Source: Acaryochloris thomasi RCC1774 (GTDB lineage: Bacteria; Cyanobacteriota; Cyanobacteriia; Thermosynechococcales; Thermosynechococcaceae). From it: a DNA stretch of 20,279 bases. Shown here one piece after another: positions 7,847-15,621 of the stretch (positions are counted from its first letter, which is position 1; each line of letters begins with the position of its first letter). The stretch covers positions 1 through 20,279 of the forward strand of contig NZ_PQWO01000042.1 in assembly GCF_003231495.1 (NCBI RefSeq), given 5' to 3'. The notes beneath the pieces are model-generated. The model searched no databases and had not been told where the DNA came from. It saw only the letters and a list, made by a program, of their open reading frames with translations. Both the position numbers and the translations under genes were made by a program.

Positions 7847-8238
7847 CTAAGATCTTTGGGGTAGCTGTATAAAAAATCGAGGGACTCCTAGCATTCTCGC
7901 ATCTTCCCGGATTGTTACAACACAACCCGTTTCGTCTAATTTCCATGAGTCGTTGGTGGAGCGAAGATGATTGCGGCAGCGCTCATCGAGTTCAGAGCTA
8001 TATCGCTGAACCCACCGATAAATAGTCGTGTGATCAACTTCAACGCTACGCTCAAAGAGCATCTGTGCACCGTCTTGGTAGCTCAGGCGATAGCGAAGAG
8101 ACCAGCATACTGCCCAAAGAATGAGGCAGGGCGGTTATGGGCGATATTTATACAGACAATCAATAGGCATAACTGAAAGCTAGGAGTGGCAAGGCTCTCA
8201 GCCTAACATCCGAGCAGCCTATCGTTGCAACGTAACGC
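7847..8238 (-). mobile_element. IS6-family transposase remnant: N-terminal fragment with an in-frame stop and a truncated DDE domain
   Basis: A single frame runs from ATG 8170 to 7847 and reads MPIDCLYKYRP*PPCLILWAVCWSLRYRLSYQDGAQMLFERSVEVDHTTIYRWVQRYSSELDERCRNHLRSTNDSWKLDETG... This parallels IS26/IS257-type Tnp (...ILWAVRWY..Y.ISYR.L.EML.ERG..VDHSTIYRWVQRYAPE...W..DETY). TAA lies at 8137-8135 and similarity is lost right after DET. An IR-like sequence with a GTTGCAAC core at 8221-8238 resembles the IS26 terminus GGCACTGTTGCAAA. Confidence 0.65.
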
Positions 8239-8430
8239 TTGGACTTTAGCGCGGTGGGGAGCCTATTAGCGCTTCTGATTTCTTTTTTGAACCATATGTT
8301 CATCACCATAAATCGTGACGGTCATGAGGAGACATCCAGTAAAACCGGTGCTCACCCCAACAGATATCGGTAATGGCGATCGTATCGGGATTGCCTCCAG
8401 GTAGAGAGAGGCAATGTACTACTATCCTGA

Positions 8431-9690
8431 ATGAGAATAGACTGGTGTTCCGCTTGCCTAAGGACTACCCCTGATCCATTAGCGACGACAACTATGACAA
8501 CCACTCTGCCTCAATCCAGAATTCTTTGGCCTCAAGTGTTTGCTCTGGCGATGGTACAAGGCGCGATCGTCCTTTCCTGGGTTATTTACAACCTATATCT
8601 CGGAGACTTATTAAAGCAATTTGGCTTCTCTGCGGGGTTCGTATTCAGCATTATCCTGCTAGAGAATAGCTTGGCGATAGTAATGGAACCGTTAATGGGA
8701 CGTTTCTCCGATCAGACTCAACGGTGGTTTGGAAGCCGTTTTCCCTTTATTGCTGGAGGAGTAATCCTCGCCTCTTTTCTGTTGATTGCAATTCCAACGA
8801 TTGTGATCTTTGGGCAGCCCATAGGTTTAATCCGATGGCTCTTACCCATCGTAGTCGTGGCCTGGGCGCTCTCCATGACGCTCTTTCGTAGTCCAGCTTT
8901 GTCATTGATGGGGCGATATGCCTATGGCAGTGGTTTACCCCAAGCCGTCAGCCTACTGACAGTGATGGGTGCCCTCGCAGGTGCAATGGGACCACTCGCC
9001 AACCAATTCATTTTGAGTCTAGGGCCAGCGATCGCCTTTGGGGTTGCATCTATCGTCTTATTAGGGTCCGCAGCACTGCTCCGCAGTGTCCAGCCTGAGG
9101 CTCAAGTTGAGGCACCATCCTTATCTCTCTCTAATGCGAAGTCACGTCTATCAGTCATCCGATTGATTCTGATATTTATAGTGGGATGGGGCTTTGGCAT
9201 GGGATTTCGATTACAAATGTTTGCCTTCCCCAAAATTTTGGCTGAGATTCCTGGACTTGATGTGAAATTGATCCTGGGAGCGATCTTTGTAACCATTGCC
9301 TTAACAGCTATCCCGACAGGGGCTGTGGCGCGCAGAATCGGAAATCGATCGGCCATGACGATCGGGTTTAGTGGCATGATCGTGACGCTAGCCTTGATGA
9401 GCTTCGTCCATCAAACGATTGCGGCTGTCGTGGCAGCAATCTCTCTTGGAACCTGTTTAAGTCTAGTCAACAATGGAACTCTACCCTTTGCCCTATCAAT
9501 GGTCCCCACAGACAAGGCTGGCGTAGGAACCGGGATGTTCTTCAGCGGTGGGGCGCTAGCCGCAAATTTGTTTGGTTCACTGTTTAAAGAGACAGATACA
9601 TTCGCACCCTCAATACTGCTATTGACTGCAATCATTGGCTGGTTCGTTGCCATGGTTGCCGTTGGGAGCAGCCGCAAGCTTGAAGCCTGA
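8431..9690 (+). CDS. MFS transporter (GPH/SLC45-like loop motif), 419 aa
   Basis: About 12 predicted TM helices. The loop 2-3 motif GRFSDQTQRWFGSRFPFIAGG resembles the G-x-SD-x-T-x-x-R-x-G-x-R-x-P signature of glycoside-pentoside-hexuronide type carriers. ATG at 8431; the alternative ATG at 8494 (MTTTLPQSR...) is equally plausible. Confidence 0.85.
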   Translation: MRIDWCSACLRTTPDPLATTTMTTTLPQSRILWPQVFALAMVQGAIVLSWVIYNLYLGDLLKQFGFSAGFVFSIILLENSLAIVMEPLMGRFSDQTQRWFGSRFPFIAGGVILASFLLIAIPTIVIFGQPIGLIRWLLPIVVVAWALSMTLFRSPALSLMGRYAYGSGLPQAVSLLTVMGALAGAMGPLANQFILSLGPAIAFGVASIVLLGSAALLRSVQPEAQVEAPSLSLSNAKSRLSVIRLILIFIVGWGFGMGFRLQMFAFPKILAEIPGLDVKLILGAIFVTIALTAIPTGAVARRIGNRSAMTIGFSGMIVTLALMSFVHQTIAAVVAAISLGTCLSLVNNGTLPFALSMVPTDKAGVGTGMFFSGGALAANLFGSLFKETDTFAPSILLLTAIIGWFVAMVAVGSSRKLEA

Positions 9691-9737
9691 ACAGGGGGAT
9701 TGTTGTAATCAGCAGCCAGGAATCTCGACTGGGGAGC

Positions 9738-10688
9738 CTATTGCGGAATGTGCTGGTAGGTCTTGGCCATCGATTGAAACTCAGGCATATATTGCGCGGC
9801 ATCATCCTGACCCACGATGCCAATCATGATGACGTAGCCCCCCGCCTCGGGGAACAGCATGGCTTGATAGATCTTTAAAGGGACTTGGGATTGGCTATCT
9901 TTGGCGTTGGCAATGATTTCGAAACCCTCTTGGTTGTTAATTGCGATCGCATCTACCTTTGCCACCTCGATCTCCTGAATTTGAGAGAACTGTTCTAACC
10001 TCTGAAGGGCAAACATCTTGCGATCCAGCACAGGCACAGCCCCTAAAGAAGGTGCCACAATAAACAATGGGTCAGATGGAGACTGCGCGGGGGCAACGCC
10101 ATCCTTAGAGAACGCTAAGACCTTGCCAGATCCCTGCAGTTCTTTGACTTCAACCAATTGAGCAGAAGGTTCAATGCGAAAGGGCAGCACGCGAGCCTCA
10201 GCGGACTGCGGTATCAGAGTCGCCGACAAAGCCGCTTCTTTGAGGGGGGCGCTCAAGCGATCCGCCGCATCCTCTGGGAATGTGGCCACCACCACCTTGG
10301 TCTGATTCTGCTGATCGGCAAACACCACCAGCCATTTTAAGAATTGCTGTCCGTAGGCTTTCTGAGACACTTTAAGCAGCAGTCTTGATCCATCCCCTAA
10401 GGACTGCTTAGAGAGCAAGTGCAAACCTCGCGTCGCTAACCGCTGCGAATTAAACCCTTTCACCACCTCGGCATATGGCCTTGGGATGGCGCTAACCATA
10501 ATAGAGGCCCCCGTTTCTGGCTGCTGTACGCCGTAAAAGGTAGGAGCCTTTTCAAACCCCTCCGGCGGCTCAATACTCACCCCCACTTCTGGAAAAGATT
10601 CTAGAGTCTGAGGCTGGACCGTTTGCCCCCGAACAGGCATCGTGGCCTGAAATAGCAGCAGCCCAATAAATATAGCCTGACGAAGCAT
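9738..10688 (-). CDS. secreted hypothetical protein, 316 aa, apparently two tandem alpha/beta domains
   Basis: ATG at 10688. Sec signal peptide MLRQAIFIGLLLFQATMPVRG|Q. Coding-like composition, with no catalytic motif recognised. Confidence 0.7.
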   Translation of the reverse strand: MLRQAIFIGLLLFQATMPVRGQTVQPQTLESFPEVGVSIEPPEGFEKAPTFYGVQQPETGASIMVSAIPRPYAEVVKGFNSQRLATRGLHLLSKQSLGDGSRLLLKVSQKAYGQQFLKWLVVFADQQNQTKVVVATFPEDAADRLSAPLKEAALSATLIPQSAEARVLPFRIEPSAQLVEVKELQGSGKVLAFSKDGVAPAQSPSDPLFIVAPSLGAVPVLDRKMFALQRLEQFSQIQEIEVAKVDAIAINNQEGFEIIANAKDSQSQVPLKIYQAMLFPEAGGYVIMIGIVGQDDAAQYMPEFQSMAKTYQHIPQ

Positions 10689-10929
10689 GGAAAATAACGA
10701 AAGAAAACTATCTCCAAGATAGCCCCTCTTTTGAGAATAATGCCCCCATCTTCAATTCAGAACACGCTAGGATTTTTATGATTATTACGCTATTGGCAAG
10801 CAATAAACCTCAGTGAATTTCCTCAATTTGAGTTGCCTCTGTGAGAACTCAAGTCCGAATGGGAAACCTGACTAATGTGAGTCTCATGCCGAGGCGCAAT
10901 TCCCATCACATTCCTCACAGGTCTTTTTC

Positions 10930-12897
10930 ATGACAGTTCCGAACGTTCTGCTCCGACATCTCCCTCAATCTGTCCTTATTGCGATCTCCATGACCGTTGC
11001 TAGCCCTGCTTTGGCTGCACCTGATTTTGCGTCAAGGCTTCACCCACTATCTGAGACCGCTGTTTCGGTCACTCCCCATCCTGAATTACAGGCTGCATTA
11101 GACATCTCGATAGACAGTGAAGCATCCGTGCTGACGGCAGAGAATGAAGCTTTAAAGCTGGTCGCTAACCCTACTGCGATCGCAAAGAACCTGGATGTAG
11201 AAAAGATCTCAGTTACACCCTCCACAGCATCGACCTTACAGATAGCTGAATCACCCGAACTAGGAACGATAGACACCGCCGCCACTGAAGAAGTTATCGA
11301 GGCTGATGGTGCGACCCCACAACCTGATGCTGCAGCAGAGACCGAGGCCGTCGAGCCTGAGGTGGACGAGGTCACGGCAGAACCAATCGAGCTTCAAGAT
11401 GATGTTGCAGAGTCCAAAGAGACTTCAGAGTCTGAAGAGACCCAAGAGTCCGAAGAAGAGGGAGAATCAGCAAGAGTTCTAACGCCAGAAGAGCTTGCAA
11501 AGCAGCAGATGCTTATTGAAGCTGACAACCTTTTTACGGCAGGTGATATCGAGGCTGCTGAAGCTCTGTATCGCCAAGCGAAGGATCCGTTCTTTGACAC
11601 AGCCGAGGCCCAACCGCGTGCAGAAGCATTTTCAGACCCAGCACAGCTAACCCCTGGTGGCAAAGTCTTCTGGCGAGAATCCGCCGCAGGCTTAGAAAAA
11701 AATCTCAAGACGCGGGCTTTAGTACCCGGCAAACTTTTGATTGAGAGACATCCTGAATTTGTCCCCGGGTACCTGCGCTATGCAAAAGCACTGCGTACCT
11801 ATAACCAGCTAGCAGAAGGGCTAGCGGTTCTCGAGCGCGGAGCCGCCCGCCACCCCAATCAGCCTGATTTACAGCAGGGCTTGATTGACTTTCAGGTTGA
11901 ATCAAAGCGCTGGCTCGAAGCTTCAATTACCGCCCGTCAGTTTGCACTTCTCAACCCCGATCATCCCCGAGCTAATGAATTTATGGCCGCAGCAGAAGAG
12001 TATCAAACTCAGTTTCGGAAGGTGCTGCGATCTCAAGTTACATCCAACGCGATCGGGGGAGTGATCACAGGAGCCTTGAATGTTGCCCTGACCGGCAATC
12101 CCTTCAATGCCGTTTCCACGATTCAGTCTTCTATGCTGCTGCTGCGGGGTGAAGATTCGGTGGGTCGATCGGCTACAAAGCGAGCTAAAAAGCGCTTTGA
12201 CATGATTGAAGATCCTGAAGTACAGGCCTACGTCAACCGCATCGGCAATAAGCTGGTGGCCGTCACTGGCCGCGAACTGGAATACGAATTTAACATCATT
12301 AAAGATGAAAATCTAAACGCCTTTGCACTTCCCGGCGGCAAAATCTTTATCAATGGTGGGGCGATCACCAAGAGCAAATCTGAAGCGGAGCTAGCGGGTT
12401 TAATTGCCCACGAACTCTCCCACTCCGTCCTTTCCCACGGCTTCCAGCTCGTGACGGACGGCAACGCCACCAGCGGATTGACCAGCCTCTTGCCCTTTGG
12501 CAGCTTATTTACGGGCTTAGCGCTCACTGACTACAGCCGCGACATGGAAGAGCAGGCAGATCTGCTGGGTACAAGGATGCTCACCTCTGCCGGTTATGCA
12601 GCAGATGGCCTTCGAAACCTAATGGTAACGATAGGAGAAGAGCAGTCTGATAGCCCCAAAAAACCAGAATGGCTCTCCAGTCACCCCGGCAATGAGAAGC
12701 GGGTCAATTACCTAGAAGAGCTGATTGAGCAAAACGGCTACAATCGCTATACCTACGAAGGGGTTGCCGAGCATCTCGAAATGCAAGAACGGGTGCAGGC
12801 TATCTTAGATGCCCCTGAAGAGGAAGACGAAGAGAAGGCCCTCGACGATGAAGCGGAAGATCTTAAAGATCAGCAGGCAGCCGACGCCAAAGAGTAA
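10930..12897 (+). CDS. secreted M48-family zinc metalloprotease with an N-terminal acidic region and TPR-like repeats, 655 aa
   Basis: Signal peptide ...VASPALA|AP. HExxH in LIAHELSHSVLSHG with a downstream EEQADLLG, plus the typical M48 block NAFALPGGKIFINGG. TPR-like helices (AGDIEAAEALYRQA, PGYLRYAKALRTYNQLAEGLAVLERG). Acidic low-complexity stretches lie at residues about 60-190 and at the C-terminus. Confidence 0.9.
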   Translation: MTVPNVLLRHLPQSVLIAISMTVASPALAAPDFASRLHPLSETAVSVTPHPELQAALDISIDSEASVLTAENEALKLVANPTAIAKNLDVEKISVTPSTASTLQIAESPELGTIDTAATEEVIEADGATPQPDAAAETEAVEPEVDEVTAEPIELQDDVAESKETSESEETQESEEEGESARVLTPEELAKQQMLIEADNLFTAGDIEAAEALYRQAKDPFFDTAEAQPRAEAFSDPAQLTPGGKVFWRESAAGLEKNLKTRALVPGKLLIERHPEFVPGYLRYAKALRTYNQLAEGLAVLERGAARHPNQPDLQQGLIDFQVESKRWLEASITARQFALLNPDHPRANEFMAAAEEYQTQFRKVLRSQVTSNAIGGVITGALNVALTGNPFNAVSTIQSSMLLLRGEDSVGRSATKRAKKRFDMIEDPEVQAYVNRIGNKLVAVTGRELEYEFNIIKDENLNAFALPGGKIFINGGAITKSKSEAELAGLIAHELSHSVLSHGFQLVTDGNATSGLTSLLPFGSLFTGLALTDYSRDMEEQADLLGTRMLTSAGYAADGLRNLMVTIGEEQSDSPKKPEWLSSHPGNEKRVNYLEELIEQNGYNRYTYEGVAEHLEMQERVQAILDAPEEEDEEKALDDEAEDLKDQQAADAKE

Positions 12898-13015
12898 AAA
12901 CTCAATCGTTGCCCGTCGGAGAGAGCTGGTATAAAAAGAGTAGAAGGCCAAGGACGGTTCTAAATTCCGGTCCAACAGCCTTTTAGGCTGAAGTCAATCC
13001 GCTCAAGGAGATAAG

Positions 13016-13174
13016 GTGCTCTTTTTTGTTTTCTCCGTCGTGCTGTGGCTGAGTGTGCTGGCCAATCAGCTATTGGTTATCTTTCCACTCAAGCTGCTGC
13101 AGGCTTTCGCTTTACCACCGATGCTTGGCTCATTGGTGCTGCTGGGCATCTTTGCCTGGATTTTTGGCGATTAG
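13016..13174 (+). CDS. possible small membrane protein, 52 aa, two predicted TM helices (below the 60-aa length of the shortest ORFs in the track)
   Basis: GTG at 13016 is preceded by AAGGAG (13005-13010) with 5-nt spacing. It is the first start codon after an in-frame TGA (12989-12991). Translation: VLFFVFSVVLWLSVLANQLLVIFPLKLLQAFALPPMLGSLVLLGIFAWIFGD. Stop TAG at 13172-13174. Confidence 0.4.
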   Translation: MLFFVFSVVLWLSVLANQLLVIFPLKLLQAFALPPMLGSLVLLGIFAWIFGD

Positions 13175-13201
13175 AGATTCTCTCTCGAACGTTGCTAGAC
13201 G

Positions 13202-14827
13202 TTAAGAATCAGCAAACCGCAGCAGCATCTGGCTGCGCTGGATGGTCGGGGTCTCACCATAGTTTGTGAGGGTCACAGAGGTGAGCTGCCGACTCCAAGG
13301 ATTCAACAAGGTCTCAAGCTGACGGAGTTTAGGCAGCTTGCGCTCTAGTAAGGGGCGCATTACGGTCCAGTCCAGATAGAGATACCCCTGATTAGGGGTG
13401 GGTAAGGTGGCAAGGGCGGCTTGAAAGTCCTTTTGGTTTGCGATCGCATCCTCCGTCAGCCCCTGCTTGAGCGCTGCTAGCGAAGTCGCCAAAATCCGGT
13501 GGTCCGCCTCTACGGAAAAAGCACCTGTCACCTCAGCATTCAGCACCATAGAGCTAGAGACTTTAGATGGATTATCGGCCTCAGAAGAAACCAGGTGGGC
13601 CCAAGTCGAGACCTGATGATCGGCCAACGAATAGGGAATTACGCCAATATTTTGTTTCTGAGCCGCTTTGTCGAGCACCTGCGTTAGCTCTTGACCGCCA
13701 TCATCATGGACAAACAGCCAGTCTGCCCCCAAGAAAGAATTTTGAGCCGCCGTGAACGGATCAGAACTGGGCAACATCGCCACCGCATACTCACCCGTCA
13801 CGTTCGAGAAAACCTCGCGGGGCAGATTAATAGACCACTGCTGCCCCCCCTGCTTTAAAGTATTTCGGACCCACTGATCTAACGGATCGTAGCCCTTCAG
13901 ATCCGCACTAAGCTGGGTCCAAAGCTGCTGTAGATTCACCCCAGAAGCCACTAATGGACTGCTGGCCGGAATATAATCGAGCGCCCGAATTGGGGCGGTC
14001 ACAGTTGGTGTCACCAGCGCTTTAGAGCGGGAAGAGTCCGCCACCAAGACAGTCTCTGCTAGCAGACCCTGACGAGTTTGCCCTAGCTGGACAGCCAGAC
14101 TGCGATAGGGGGGCGAACTCAAACGAGAGAAAGCAGATAAATCCGCATAAACAAAGCCATCTTGCTGCTCTTGCTTCAGGTGGGTCACGGCCTGCTGATA
14201 GTCAGACGTATTGGTCAGGCTCTCAGATTGGCTACTGTCAATCGCGGCCCTCAAAACCGACGCCGAATTCGCAACCAGCACATAGCGATCGTCAACAATG
14301 GCCGTCGACACCCCTTCAAAGGGCTGCAGCCCCGAGATTTCTGATCCTAGGGGCTGCGGAGACTTAAATTGAGTTGAAATCAGGCTAATGTCGCTGTACT
14401 GCTCAAAACTAAGGGGCTGTCCGGCTGAGACCTGCTGCTGCCAAATCTGTTCAATGCAGGCTTGGCTTTCCTTTGCACCCCGTGTTGTCACCGCAAACAG
14501 ATAGTGATGCTGCTGCACCGGCCCCGTCAGCGCAAACATTAGCTCATCACTGACCCAAGGTTTCAAGTCACGAGCATAGTTGACGCCAGCGTTCGTCAAC
14601 AGTACCTGAGGCCACTGGAGGAGCGATGTCGTGTTCCCCGAATCAGGAAGCTGTTTAGGATTCACCGAGAGCAGCAAGGGGGATTGCTGGGGTACGAACC
14701 GAGCGGTGGCTGGTCCTGAATTTATTTCAGTCGCGGGAGGCGTTTCAGCCAAAGCCATACCGCCACTCATACAGAAGCAGAGAAAGATGGCTATCAGTTG
14801 GATCCAAGGGAAACGTCGCGTCATCAT
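13202..14827 (-). CDS. secreted hypothetical protein, 541 aa (length and taxon fit what I recall of DUF3352; unverified)
   Basis: ATG at 14827. Signal peptide MMTRRFPWIQLIAIFLCFCMSGGMALA|ETPP. Long uninterrupted ORF with coding-like composition. No enzymatic motif recognised. Confidence 0.75.
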   Translation of the reverse strand: MMTRRFPWIQLIAIFLCFCMSGGMALAETPPATEINSGPATARFVPQQSPLLLSVNPKQLPDSGNTTSLLQWPQVLLTNAGVNYARDLKPWVSDELMFALTGPVQQHHYLFAVTTRGAKESQACIEQIWQQQVSAGQPLSFEQYSDISLISTQFKSPQPLGSEISGLQPFEGVSTAIVDDRYVLVANSASVLRAAIDSSQSESLTNTSDYQQAVTHLKQEQQDGFVYADLSAFSRLSSPPYRSLAVQLGQTRQGLLAETVLVADSSRSKALVTPTVTAPIRALDYIPASSPLVASGVNLQQLWTQLSADLKGYDPLDQWVRNTLKQGGQQWSINLPREVFSNVTGEYAVAMLPSSDPFTAAQNSFLGADWLFVHDDGGQELTQVLDKAAQKQNIGVIPYSLADHQVSTWAHLVSSEADNPSKVSSSMVLNAEVTGAFSVEADHRILATSLAALKQGLTEDAIANQKDFQAALATLPTPNQGYLYLDWTVMRPLLERKLPKLRQLETLLNPWSRQLTSVTLTNYGETPTIQRSQMLLRFADS

Positions 14828-14981
14828 TAGCAGAGAGACCCTGATGTGGCTGACTCATTCGAGCGATGGCAGGACCCTCAACGAGACTTGTACAGTCCTC
14901 GGTTTTTGCCTCTGACACCCAGACCTATTATTTCAGCAAAGTTGCGCTTGATACAAATTCATCTGTAGGGCAGCCCCAGCC

Positions 14982-15188
14982 CTAACCAGCGGTAGGGTGG
15001 AAGAGCGTGTCCAGATAAACGCGAGCCGCCCGGCGATCGCTTTCGCCGTGCTGAAGCAGAAAAAGTGATAGAGCTGCTGAAAAGACACGGTCTTGATCCC
15101 AGTCGGGATGCGCCTCTAGATAGCTCTTCAAGGTCTCATGAAGCTCTTCAGGTATTTCAGCCAAAATGCTAATTGTCGTTGCGTTCAT
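14982..15188 (-). CDS. small conserved cyanobacterial hypothetical protein, 68 aa (DUF2811-like from memory)
   Basis: MNATTISILAEIPEELHETLKSYLEAHPDWDQDRVFSAALSLFLLQHG... matches my recollection of a conserved family (SILAExPEELH..L..xL..HP.WDQDRVF.AALSLFLLQ). I prefer the ATG at 15188 over the longest-ORF start at 15269. Confidence 0.65.
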   Translation of the reverse strand: MNATTISILAEIPEELHETLKSYLEAHPDWDQDRVFSAALSLFLLQHGESDRRAARVYLDTLFHPTAG

Positions 15189-15548
15189 GAACAGTGACCT
15201 TCTGTGATGTGGAGATGGAATGTAACTAACCTCTACCTCTAAGATTTTCGCAGCGAAACGAAGCCCCAAGCTGCCGCGACAAACCCATAAAGGGTATGGC
15301 TCTTTGCAAGATGATGGCTAGAGAGTACCGGCACGTTACTGGACCGGTCGCACCATTATTTGCGATCTAGGGGTGGGATTGTCAATGGGGGGACGGAGGA
15401 AGTCTAAGCGGATGCTTGAGCGACCTTCACGACAGATTAGGGCTTCCTGGCGTTTTTGGTTACATAAATTCAATTCCTCCTGGGGAAATTGCTCAAATCC
15501 GTCGAAATCCACAGAACTGCGGCTGGCCCCAATAAACTCGTTCTTCCC

Positions 15549-15621
15549 TGTGGAAAACTTCTGCTTTTCTGTGGAAAACCTCTTGATAAGTTGTGGAAAA
15601 ATTCCTTTGGTCTGTGGAAAG
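15549..15621 (-). promoter_or_regulatory. phased array of four DnaA boxes (TTTTCCACA x3 and CTTTCCACA x1, read on the minus strand)
   Basis: TGTGGAAAA at 15549-15557, 15570-15578 and 15592-15600, and TGTGGAAAG at 15613-15621. All share one orientation with start-to-start spacing of 21/22/21 bp. The spacers are not conserved. The array lies in a non-coding region between divergent genes. Confidence 0.75.

Noticed and set aside
7967-8176. 69-aa + strand ORF opposite the IS6 remnant
   Set aside because: The opposite strand carries the recognisable transposase motifs, and this frame has none.
8390-8415. 8-bp perfect hairpin ATTGCCTC-N10-GAGGCAAT just upstream of the MFS ORF
   Set aside because: It has no T-tract on either strand, so it is not a terminator, and a few such stems are expected by chance. 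It could be a 5'-UTR element, but nothing further supports that.
9102-9829. Four short ORFs antisense to the MFS 3' half or spanning the convergent gap
   Set aside because: No motifs were found. They overlap confidently called genes on the other strand.
10828-10852. Inverted repeat TTGAGTT-N11-AACTCAA upstream of the M48 gene, sharing the TTGAGT core with the padR operator candidate
   Set aside because: Only the 6-mer core is shared and the spacing and flanks differ from the 7144-7163 palindrome. A 6-7-bp match is within chance expectation.
11040-12527. Four minus-strand ORFs (73-112 aa) inside the M48 gene, very S/A-rich
   Set aside because: They are antisense images of the acidic (GAA/GAG-rich) coding region and the rest of the protease CDS.
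13176-13210. Bipartite imperfect hairpin (GATTCT..AACGT-tgctag-ACGTT..AGAATC) between the convergent genes
   Set aside because: It has short interrupted stems and no U-tract, and it overlaps the stop codon of the minus-strand gene. This is too weak to call a terminator.
13045-13269. 74-aa + ORF in the convergent gap
   Set aside because: Its composition is non-coding-like, it has no RBS, and it runs 68 nt into the opposite gene. A different-frame GTG ORF with a strong SD (13016..13174) is the better candidate.
13499-14915. Short + strand ORFs antisense to the 541-aa secreted protein gene
   Set aside because: They are R/P-rich shadow frames within a long uninterrupted CDS.
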